From Candidatus Moanibacter sp. (GTDB taxonomy: Bacteria; Verrucomicrobiota; Verrucomicrobiia; Opitutales; UBA2987), in NCBI GenBank assembly GCA_965215885.1, contig CBDCEW010000104.1, positions 256,001 through 320,000 of the forward strand: a DNA stretch of 64,000 nucleotides, given 5' to 3'. The position numbers and the translations under genes were made by a program. Each line of letters begins with the position of its first letter. The first letter of the stretch is position 1. A model generated the notes under the pieces. That model did no database searches. It was not told the origin of the DNA and was given only the letters and a program-made list of their open reading frames with translations. This document shows, one piece after another, positions 49,202-58,350 of this stretch.

Positions 49202-50794
49202 ATGTGGAAATCAGATCTCAATAGCGTCCGCAGTTTGCATAGGAGCTCGTTGCTGAGCACTTGTAGAAGTCTATTCGGTGTCTTCAGTCTCGTTTTCTTT
49301 CTGGTTCTATTTGTTCTCAGCGATGGGGCCCAAATTTCGCGCTCTACTTCACCCGACAGCCCCACGTCCGAGACCAACCTGAAATGTGATGCGCCCCAAG
49401 ATTTTCAGGCGAAGGAATTCAACATTGCCTTTGTCTCCGTCACCAACCTTCGTGCAGATCACCTCCAAACGTATGGCTACTCTCGCGCCACGTCACCTCG
49501 AATAGATCGATTCGCGAAGAAGAGTATCGTCTTTGAGGATGCCTTCTCACACGCCAGCTGGACGCTGCCCGTCGCAATCTCGATCTTCACCTCGCAATAT
49601 CCGTTCACCCACGGGATCATGAATAGAAACGAGTTCAAGCCTCTCTCTTCGTGGGTTCCTACACTCGTCGACATCTTGAAATCAAACGGTTACGCAACTG
49701 CTGCGTTCGTCGGCGATCGAGACTACGCCGCCGGATTCGGTTTGGTGTCAAGATTTGATGAAGTCTACGACCATGTGAACGACAAGGCCCTTATTGACTG
49801 GAAACGGTATGGGGTCCTTGAGAGCACAGTTCCGGACGCGATCACCTGGCTGCGAAAAAACAGGAGCAAGAGGTTCTTTATCTTTCTTCAGGGCTATGAT
49901 ACTCACTGTCCCTTCGCAATTCCAGAAGAGAACGCGATGTTTAATCCGGGCTACGACGGCGACATTGACTTCACAAAATGCTACTGGACGTTCAGGCGGA
50001 CCAAACCGATCAGGGTCACCCCTGAGTCCGGCGAGCCGGACGAGGTCTACATTCTAAAAACGAAGCCGCGAGCCGGCGAGGAACTCGAGGAGATTTTCGA
50101 TTCCGAAGATGTCCGGCACATGATCGCACTCTATGATGGAGAAATTCAGCGCGCCGACCGTCTGGTAGGCGTATTTCTCGACGAACTTAGACGCCTCGGA
50201 TTGGATCAAAATACGATTGTCGTCTTCCTTTCAGAACACGGGGACATGTTTGGGAAACACGGACGATTCATGAGAGGCGGCCCATTGAGAGGCACATTTT
50301 ACGACGATGTTCTCCATGTACCATTGATTGTATACCATCCGAAGTTAACGGCCCGCCGGGTTAGAGGACTGGCTCAGTTGGTGGATATTGCGCCGACGAT
50401 TCTTGACATATTGAATCTCGAAGTTCCGTCGACATTTCAGGGAACATCGCTCCGTCCGCTGATCCTTGATAACGTACTGGTGAACGAATACGTGTTTTCA
50501 GGGTCAGCCTACACACCGAGAAAGAACAACCCGTTCTTTCGTTACAGCTCGATCATCATGTCAATCCGAACGTTGAAATGGAAGATGATCCATGAGAGAT
50601 TGTTCTACGGTGATTCCCCCGAAGATCACCTAGAACTATTCGACTTCGAAACCGACCCCGAGGAACTCATCAATGTCCGCAGGAAGAATCCGAAAATACA
50701 GCAAAGGTTGACGGAGGTCGGTTTTGCATGGCTTCGGAAGATCGGTGCAGATACAGTCGTCTCGAGGCTACAGGAGGCGCCGAAACCTGAATGA
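49202..50794 (+). CDS. Sulfatase-like hydrolase (alkaline phosphatase superfamily), membrane-anchored
   Basis: NLRADHL, TSPRID, ASWTLP, YDTH, LYDGEI, SEHG, LHVPLI, VDIAPTIL, ELFD..DPEE; lacks the canonical C/SxPxR. Confidence 0.85.
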   Translation: MWKSDLNSVRSLHRSSLLSTCRSLFGVFSLVFFLVLFVLSDGAQISRSTSPDSPTSETNLKCDAPQDFQAKEFNIAFVSVTNLRADHLQTYGYSRATSPRIDRFAKKSIVFEDAFSHASWTLPVAISIFTSQYPFTHGIMNRNEFKPLSSWVPTLVDILKSNGYATAAFVGDRDYAAGFGLVSRFDEVYDHVNDKALIDWKRYGVLESTVPDAITWLRKNRSKRFFIFLQGYDTHCPFAIPEENAMFNPGYDGDIDFTKCYWTFRRTKPIRVTPESGEPDEVYILKTKPRAGEELEEIFDSEDVRHMIALYDGEIQRADRLVGVFLDELRRLGLDQNTIVVFLSEHGDMFGKHGRFMRGGPLRGTFYDDVLHVPLIVYHPKLTARRVRGLAQLVDIAPTILDILNLEVPSTFQGTSLRPLILDNVLVNEYVFSGSAYTPRKNNPFFRYSSIIMSIRTLKWKMIHERLFYGDSPEDHLELFDFETDPEELINVRRKNPKIQQRLTEVGFAWLRKIGADTVVSRLQEAPKPE

Positions 50795-52839
50795 GGAAAA
50801 CACGGATTCGCACTATCATAGGTCTGGCACGGGTGCTTGTACTTTCAGTGTGCTACTTTGCCTGGGAACCGTCAACAGCCTCCGTTTCGAATGACACGAC
50901 GCTTGCGAGGAAGCTCTACTGGTTTATCCCGGATGGAATGCGGGCTGACCCCGCGCTTTTCAACATTTACCGCTGGGCCAGGGAAGGGAAATTGCAGAAC
51001 ATTAGGCGTATGATGGAGCGCGGGACATACGGATTCTGTCGGCCTACCTTTCCCTCGCACACGCCAACCAATTTCGCGACCCTGTTCACTGGCGCATATC
51101 CCGAAATTCACGGTGTCAACGACGGTCCAATGCACGCCGAAGGGAGCCCTCTCGATCGTGTTTCGATCGGTGGATTCAGCTCGGCGGCTAAGCTCGTGTC
51201 GCCGATCTGGGTGACCCTTGAGAGAGAGACCGGGTGCAAAGTTATCCTTCTCTCCGTGCCAGGATCCACACCTCCGGAGCTCGATCGGGGGATCACAATC
51301 CGGGGACGCTGGGGCGGCTGGGGCGCGGACTTCCATGCCATCAATTTTCAGGACAGCGACGATCTCTCAATGAGAAGGATGCAAGGTCGAGGATCGAGGC
51401 TATTCTTCTCCGGTCCGCAGCTGACCAGATACGTCAAGAAGAACGCTGCGACAGGGTGGAGTGACCTTCCGGAGACGCACTCGCTTTCCCTTGAGGTGAA
51501 GTTTGACGCCTGAGGAGCAACGGTCTTCGCGTGCCTTATCGACAGCTCTCCAAATCAGCGAATTGATTACGACCGGCTGACCTTTGCGACGAATAAAACG
51601 GCACCGTTAACAACGCTTAAACAGGGTGAATGGAGTGAGTGGCTACCCATCATGCTTCAGTGGAAGATCCCCGGCACGCCTCTGCAGCAGACAGTCGAAA
51701 GTGTCTTCAGGATCAAGGTGATCCGCCTCGAACCCAGCGGGTTCTTTAGAGTGCGCTTTTTCTTCAACAACATCAACAAACACCTGACCGAGCCCGACTA
51801 TGTCGCACGTGACCTGGTCGAAGGTGTGGGGCCGATGGTCGACTTTGTTGACAACTTTCCTCCGCAACTGATTTTTTATCCCGAAGACAAAACAACATTT
51901 ATTGAGGAAGCAGAATTATCCCTCAACTGGCACAGGGACGCTGTGTCCTTTATCCTTGATAAATACAATCCGGATGTCTTCATCAACGACATTTACACGC
52001 CAAACCAGATGCTTACCAGTCGATGGTGGATGGGATTCGTCGATCCACTGAGCGAGCAGTACGGTGATATATCCGAAATTGAACGCGAAAATATCTGGAA
52101 TGAAGTCTACTGGCTTTACCGCAAGCTTGATGACATTGTCGGAATGCTTCTCCGAAAGGCGGACGAAAACACCTATGTCGTGCTGACCTCCGATCATGGC
52201 GCCGTTCCCTTGAACCGCGAGGTTCGCGTCAACAACCTTCTTGCCCGTGAAGGATTGCTTAAATTCGCGATTGATTCGGATACGGGGGAGCCTGTCATAG
52301 ACTGGAAGAACACGCGGGCAGTCTACCTCAAGATGTTCAGCGTCTACGTCAATCCAAAGGGGCTGGCCGGAACGTGGACGAGAGCCTCGGGTCCTGAGTA
52401 CAAGAAGCTGAGACGGCGTGTTCGGGAAATTCTGGTGCATCTTGAGGATGAGAACGGCGTTCGGCCTGTGGTCAAGGTTTTGGATTGGGAGTCTGCCGGC
52501 GAATTAAAACTGCACAAGAATAGATCGGGAGATCTCATCATTGCCAACCGAACGGGCTACGGCTGGAGCGAGGAAATGACTGCAGACCTGGAAGTGTTCT
52601 CAAAGCCCCAGAAGACCGGCTATAAGCAGGCAATCCTCGCAAGTGGGGAGGTAGGCATGTGGACACCTTTTATGATCGTTGGTCCTGGAGTGAAGAAAGG
52701 GTTTTTTCTAGGAAACACGCCCATTGAGATGGTCGATCAGTATCCGACCTTGATGCACCTGATGGATGTAGAGCGACCACGGTTCGTGCAGGGTGCAGTC
52801 TTAACGGAAGTCTTGGAACAGGAGCGCGTGAGCCAATGA
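50791..52839 (+). pseudogene. Type I phosphodiesterase / nucleotide pyrophosphatase family gene split by one in-frame TGA at 51511-51513
   Basis: ORFs 50791-51513 and 51652-52839 share a frame and the gap reads open (KFDA*GATVFACLID...). Motifs PDGMRAD, FPSHTPTNFATLFTG, TSDHG. Confidence 0.85.
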
Positions 52840-53996
52840 GCCCACGATGGTTTCTGATATCCCTTATGGTGCCTCTGACGCTCAGTCTGTCGTTGAGTGC
52901 TCAGTACGGAGAGGACGAGTGGATTGAGATCCCGCTACATCCTAAAGTGGCGGTTGCAAACGATGGCACGTTTGTCGTAGTCACCAGCGATCGGGAGCAC
53001 GTATTCGCACAGCGATACAGATGGGATGAGGAGGAAAATAGAAAGTTGGAAGACGGCGAGCGCATTGAAGTACAGAGGGACATGAAGACCATCGACCGAG
53101 ATGCGGATCACAAGAACCACACGGTTGCAATGTATCCGAATGGAAGGTTCGTTGTCGCTTGGGAATCGTCTGGACGCTCACATGCCAGTCATGTCAGGGT
53201 CTTCAACAGAGATGGGAATGTTAGCGGCGACCGCACCGAGTTCAACAGGCTGCGACCTGCCGTCGCATTAGTTCCAGGCCAGGATTCCCTCGTAGCGTTG
53301 ACATACGTCGATATCCAGCTCCGTGACGTTTTCGTAAGGCTCTATCGAGGGGACATGGGCCCTCAGACGCGCATCCCGCTGCAGAGGAAAGAACGGCGGC
53401 TCTGGACGTCAGTCGTCTCCGCGGTGAACTGTAACACCCTCGTGGTGGCGGCTGAGGAGATTGACAGTTTGCAGGTCTTTATCGCTCGGATCACGATAAA
53501 TCCAATGAAGGTGTGTGAAATAGCTGTTTTAGAGAACGCCCGCAATCCCGCCATAGCAGCCAAGTCGAATGGGAATTGTGTGGTCGTCTGGGAGGACATC
53601 AGTGATAGCAGTGAAATCGCAGTCAAGCTGGCGAGTCTCATAAGCGACCATAGTAAATTGGACGAACCGTTTAAAGTCGTTAACACTGGAAAGGTGAATA
53701 TTGCCGACAACATAGCCGACGTCGACATCAACAACAACGGAGATATCGCCGTCGTCTACACGGACACGGCTCGGGTCGATCGCGTTTTCTCAAAGAGATA
53801 CTGCTTCTCTGAGGGTTCAATCTCGCCCGGCGACAGACTGATGATCTCCCGCGACACGGAGGACCGTCCGCAGGCGCACCACAGATCTCCATCCGTCGCG
53901 ATGCGCGCCAATAATTCGTACGTAGTCGCCTGGGAGTCAGTTCTTAGGGACGAGGAAAATTTGTTACATACTAGACCTTATCCGAAAAGCTACTGA
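52836..53996 (+). CDS. Secreted beta-repeat hypothetical protein; C-terminus replaced by IS sequence
   Basis: Signal peptide; repeated P.VA...G.FVVAWE. The original end HTRVIKLSEAKQPCQGAQP* resumes after the IS at 55893-55951. Confidence 0.72.
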   Translation: MSPRWFLISLMVPLTLSLSLSAQYGEDEWIEIPLHPKVAVANDGTFVVVTSDREHVFAQRYRWDEEENRKLEDGERIEVQRDMKTIDRDADHKNHTVAMYPNGRFVVAWESSGRSHASHVRVFNRDGNVSGDRTEFNRLRPAVALVPGQDSLVALTYVDIQLRDVFVRLYRGDMGPQTRIPLQRKERRLWTSVVSAVNCNTLVVAAEEIDSLQVFIARITINPMKVCEIAVLENARNPAIAAKSNGNCVVVWEDISDSSEIAVKLASLISDHSKLDEPFKVVNTGKVNIADNIADVDINNNGDIAVVYTDTARVDRVFSKRYCFSEGSISPGDRLMISRDTEDRPQAHHRSPSVAMRANNSYVVAWESVLRDEENLLHTRPYPKSY

Positions 53997-55892
53997 TTGG
54001 CCGCAAAGAGGCGCAAAAGGCGCAAGAAAAACTTGAGAAAAATCAGTTTTTCGGCTTGATAAAAAGTGTCGTAACATACTAGTGTTTAACAACTTAAGAT
54101 TAAGAAATGAGTTAAACATGCCAACATGTGCGACAGAGGAGAACAAAAGCGACAAGACGCCCCTTAGCAACCTCATTCTGCCGGTTCCAGACACGGAGTT
54201 TCGTGATTTTCTGGATGAAGTTGAAGAATTGGCCGGGTTCGCGGCGCAAATCATCGAGGCGATCGAGAAGGATCTGGACGCCCATGCGCGTGAGAAGAAG
54301 AAACTTCGATTGGAAGATCGAAGGTTCTTTGAAGGGCGCACAGCGGAGCTGCCGGAGCTGGACATCGAGGAGGAGAATATTCTGGCTGCTGAATTGAATC
54401 TTGGGGTAGGCCGGCCGCGGATGCCGGCTTATGCGGTATACGTGTTCGTGATGATTCGTGGGTTTCTCGGTTCGTTGACCACGAAACCGGCACGGCGGTT
54501 TCTGCGCGAGTCGATGAGCTTGTACGGATTTCTTCAGAGGCGGGGACTGAGGATGCCGGCGGTGACGACGATTCTGGAGAACGTGAACCTGGTCAGCCAT
54601 AGGACCCGCGAGCTGATCTTTGATAAACAGATTGGGTTTATCCTCCAGGAGCAATGGGACGATTTCGGGAAGCTGACGATCGACAGCACCTCGGTGAAAG
54701 CAAACAGCTGCTGGCCCACCGATGGGAGGATTCTGAGCGGTCTTTTGATGCGGGCCAATCGTTTGGGTCAGAAGTTGCATATATTCGGGCTGGAGGATTT
54801 TCGCAAGGGATGGGTTGGGCGTTGGCTGCAGGAGATGGACAAGCTGGAGTTTCAGATTTGTCTGGCCGCGGGCAAACCGAAGTCGAAGGGCAAGCTGAAG
54901 AAACACTACCGGCGGTTGCTCAAGCGGGGCCGCAAGGCGGCCGACTCACTAACGGGGGAACTGAGCCATCTTGAAGAGGGCCTGTCGATGGATTCACTGC
55001 CTCCCACTCGCCGGGAGCTTCTGAAGCGGGTATTGAGCCAGATCAGGCGCGATATTGCCGACGCCAAGCGGGTTGTTGAGTATGCTCATGATCGGGTGTT
55101 TCACGAAAAGAAGCTACCGTCCACGCAGAAGGTCCTGAGCCTGTCGGACGGATCGGCGGCCTACATCAAGAAGGGCAGCCGCAATCCAGTGATCGGGTAC
55201 AAGCCACAACTGGTTCGCAGCGAAAACGGTTTTGTCACCAGCCTGATCGTACCGCAAGGCAATGCGGCAGACTCCATTGAGCTGGCGCCGGCCATCGGCG
55301 ATTCGATCAAGCGCACCGGTGTCATTGCTGAACTGATCAGCACCGATGACGGATATGCTTCGGCGAAGGGGCGCAAGGAGGTGCTGGGCATGGGGGTAAA
55401 GCAGATCAGTATCAGTGGGGCGAAGGGCAAGAAGTTGACCACCCCCGAGGACTGGGAGAGCGAGGCGTATCGCGAGGCACGCCGCAATCGCTCCGCAGTG
55501 GAGTCGCTGATGTTCACGATTAAAGATGGATTTGCCTTTGGCGAACTCGGCCGCCGCGGCATCGATGCGGTAGGCGATGAACTGCTCGAGAAGGTTCTGG
55601 CCTACAACTTCTGCCGCATCATACTGATGAAGAAACGACGACGGGAGGAACTGGAACAGGCAGCCTGAATCTGACCGCTTTGAAGCTCAGAGAAAAAAGC
55701 ACCACGGGATGAGTATGCCTCCAAACAGCGGCAAATATGCGTATTGTGCAGCAAGCCACGCCGATGGCCGCTCAATACCTGCTCATCGGCAGCGCCGGCA
55801 GCCTAAAACCCGAAACCTGCCAGCCATAGGCTGGTCCGCCCGTGGCGGAAGAACCTTAAACCGTCCGCTCGAAAGGCTTTTCGAATGGGGTC
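53974..55892 (+). mobile_element. IS (ISNCY / IS5-IS1182-like DDE), complete
   Basis: 17-bp IRs GACCTTATCCGAAAAGC and GCTTTTCGAATGGGGTC (3 mismatches); ATACTA duplicated at 53968-53973 and 55893-55898. Confidence 0.85.
54082..55668 (+). CDS. DDE transposase (ISNCY/IS5-like)
   Basis: GRPRMP, LTIDSTSVKAN..WPTD, KVLSLSD, IGYKPQL, STDDGY, RSAVESLMFTIK. Start may be ATG 54118. Confidence 0.88.
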   Translation: MFNNLRLRNELNMPTCATEENKSDKTPLSNLILPVPDTEFRDFLDEVEELAGFAAQIIEAIEKDLDAHAREKKKLRLEDRRFFEGRTAELPELDIEEENILAAELNLGVGRPRMPAYAVYVFVMIRGFLGSLTTKPARRFLRESMSLYGFLQRRGLRMPAVTTILENVNLVSHRTRELIFDKQIGFILQEQWDDFGKLTIDSTSVKANSCWPTDGRILSGLLMRANRLGQKLHIFGLEDFRKGWVGRWLQEMDKLEFQICLAAGKPKSKGKLKKHYRRLLKRGRKAADSLTGELSHLEEGLSMDSLPPTRRELLKRVLSQIRRDIADAKRVVEYAHDRVFHEKKLPSTQKVLSLSDGSAAYIKKGSRNPVIGYKPQLVRSENGFVTSLIVPQGNAADSIELAPAIGDSIKRTGVIAELISTDDGYASAKGRKEVLGMGVKQISISGAKGKKLTTPEDWESEAYREARRNRSAVESLMFTIKDGFAFGELGRRGIDAVGDELLEKVLAYNFCRIILMKKRRREELEQAA

Positions 55893-55971
55893 ATACTAGA
55901 GTTATTAAATTGTCAGAAGCTAAGCAACCTTGCCAGGGCGCTCAACCTTGAGGACCTTCGGGAGACTGAGG

Positions 55972-57999
55972 ATGCAGATGGACATGCAAGCCGAGAGGAT
56001 TTCCCAGGACGAGCTTGATAGAAGAATCCAGCAACATGGAGTGTGGCTGGAAACAGGAGAAGGAGAGTTCGCAAACTTTAGAGGATTTGATTTACGTGGT
56101 AAGTCTCTTGTGCGAGCTAACCTGCATGGTGCCGACCTTCGCCACGCTGATCTGCGTGGTGCTGACTTTCGCAACGCAAATCTTAACAAAGTTTTCCTAA
56201 CCGATGCAGACGCAAGACGCTCGAATTTTCAGGGTACGAACCTATCAGAGGCAAACCTGTGCAGAACGAAACTGGCTGATGCCAAGCTCCGTGACGCAAG
56301 TCTTGCTTACGCAGACTTCGTGTCCCCTCCTGATCCCCGCGCCGTTGACAGAGTCGACAGTGGTGGACTTGGCGTAGATGAGGAAGCGGCTCTCCCGAGT
56401 CAAGCCGCCGCCGTGAAGACGACTGACGAACTGGGAGAAGCCGTGGACAGCTCTGATCAAGAAGCCATAGATCAGCAACTCAAACCCCATCAACTGGCCG
56501 GTGCCGACCTGGTGGGGGCTAAACTCCCAAAGGCCATCAGAGGATTTGACGGTCTCCGAGTGGCTGATGAAGCATCGCGGAATGCAAGCGCAGTTTTTCT
56601 CTATCTGCTAGTTGCCTGCGGGTTCAGCTGGTTTACGATTGTCACTACATCAGATGGCCAGCTGCTGAGCAACACGGCCTCTGCACCAATCCCATTCATA
56701 CAGAATGTCTACATTCCTATGGCAGGTATTTTCCGGATATTTCCGATGCTGCTGCTGGGCCTGTTCGTCTACTTCCATTTGGATTTACAAAACCTGTGGA
56801 TGAGGCTGAGTCGACTCCCGGCAGTCTTTCCTGACGGCTACCAGTTGAACGAGAAAGTCTACCCTTGGCTTCCTAAGGGTACGGTGCTGGCCTTTGTGCC
56901 TCGATTAGCGAGTGTAGACCACAAAATTCCCAAGTTTGGTGTGGGCGACATTATAGACTGGCCTGGATTTGTTTCAAAACTAAACACCGATGGGAACACG
57001 GCCCAACAGAGACTTGGTAAGAGGATATGGGAACTGCTTCCTCAAAACATCCAGTCTACGGTCAAGGAATCCGTGGATGGTAGCAGCCTTCAAGAAGAAC
57101 AGAAGTCCAAAATAATCAAAGCAGTGAACAGAATCTTGGACCGTCAAGATTTCTATCAAGAACAGGATTTTCCAGATATGAATTTGCCTGAAGCCGTCCG
57201 TGAATTATTGTCCAACCGGGTAGATCTGTCATCCAGCGATGTACAAAGACTCAATCGCCTTCTAATAGAATCGGCTTTTACAGACGAAATAGTGAAAAGA
57301 TGTATGGAGCAACTCCGACCGGGACTGCGCTTTCCACCACTGTTTCCAGCACAAAGGTTCTTGTCACTCATACTCTTGTGGTGGTTAGTGCCATTTACCG
57401 TTCTCCTGTTTTGGGTATACTCGCTGGTCTTACACGAGACGTTCTGGACATATTTTCACATCGGGGAAGTTGGTATATCCGTGGGTCTGGCCTTGTTCTT
57501 CAGGGGGATCGCAATTCGCACATTGCGGGGTAAGGACTTACATCTCACGATCTCCGTCAGAGGTGCTGGAAGACACATGCTTGTCGGTCTGTGCGTAATA
57601 CTAATCCTTTTGGGGGCCCACCGGGTATTTTGGGCTCCTATAGTTGATGATTCTCGCTATCAGAGTATTGATGATTCGATGCGTAAGGTAGATGACCCGC
57701 ATCCTTTCTCGATTGATTGGATCAGAGCATTCTCAATCGCCGATATTGAATCTGAGCATCTATCAAAACCTCCTGATGCGTGGGATGGGAAAAATTTTGC
57801 AACTATAAAAGTCGCCAATCTTCGCGGAAAAGTCCTTAGACATGCCAAAGGAAGTCATGCGTTCTTCGTAGGCGCGAAGATGAGAAGAGCGAAACTAGAT
57901 TATGGCACGTTCACGGACGCGGATTTCAGAAAAGCAAAGATCAAAGAGGGCTCATTCTTGCGCGCAAAGCTGAATCGAGCGGCAGCTAGGCAAACCTGA
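55972..57999 (+). CDS. Pentapeptide-repeat membrane protein, C-terminus frameshifted/degenerate
   Basis: ANLHGADLRHADLRGADFRNANL repeats and several TM helices. Repeats continue out of frame after about 57990 (ANLSDAKLR). Confidence 0.78.
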   Translation: MQMDMQAERISQDELDRRIQQHGVWLETGEGEFANFRGFDLRGKSLVRANLHGADLRHADLRGADFRNANLNKVFLTDADARRSNFQGTNLSEANLCRTKLADAKLRDASLAYADFVSPPDPRAVDRVDSGGLGVDEEAALPSQAAAVKTTDELGEAVDSSDQEAIDQQLKPHQLAGADLVGAKLPKAIRGFDGLRVADEASRNASAVFLYLLVACGFSWFTIVTTSDGQLLSNTASAPIPFIQNVYIPMAGIFRIFPMLLLGLFVYFHLDLQNLWMRLSRLPAVFPDGYQLNEKVYPWLPKGTVLAFVPRLASVDHKIPKFGVGDIIDWPGFVSKLNTDGNTAQQRLGKRIWELLPQNIQSTVKESVDGSSLQEEQKSKIIKAVNRILDRQDFYQEQDFPDMNLPEAVRELLSNRVDLSSSDVQRLNRLLIESAFTDEIVKRCMEQLRPGLRFPPLFPAQRFLSLILLWWLVPFTVLLFWVYSLVLHETFWTYFHIGEVGISVGLALFFRGIAIRTLRGKDLHLTISVRGAGRHMLVGLCVILILLGAHRVFWAPIVDDSRYQSIDDSMRKVDDPHPFSIDWIRAFSIADIESEHLSKPPDAWDGKNFATIKVANLRGKVLRHAKGSHAFFVGAKMRRAKLDYGTFTDADFRKAKIKEGSFLRAKLNRAAARQT

Positions 58000-58350
58000 G
58001 TGACGCAAAACTAAGAATTGCTCTGAAGTCCATGCAAAACTCAGACGTGCGATCTCGAAAATGCGGACTTCAGAGTTGTCGAACCTCTGCGCGGATCTCC
58101 GGTGCGGATAGAAAACGTCGCCCAGATGCGGTTCAAGGTGCGGCACCTCACAAATGCAGAGTTGACTGGACCTCAAGAGGCTGATTTAATTGACAAGAAA
58201 GATGTGGTCACCTGGCGCTCGCCGTTGAACGACCGGGCGGACCGAAGCATCGGCTACGTTGGCCTGAACGACCTGGACGTTTCCGGCATCGGCGAGAAGA
58301 AACGTCACCGCCGTGCCGTCACTGGACCAGACGGGCGCTGGCGTCTCTAG

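Noticed and set aside
51511..51513. TGA as a selenocysteine codon, given the Se-type xanthine dehydrogenase nearby
   Set aside because: That enzyme class uses labile selenium rather than Sec, no convincing SECIS follows the TGA, and a Trp-to-stop change is simpler.
54112..54906. 264-aa minus-strand ORF (and similarly 58823-59671)
   Set aside because: Antisense shadows of well-supported transposase genes.
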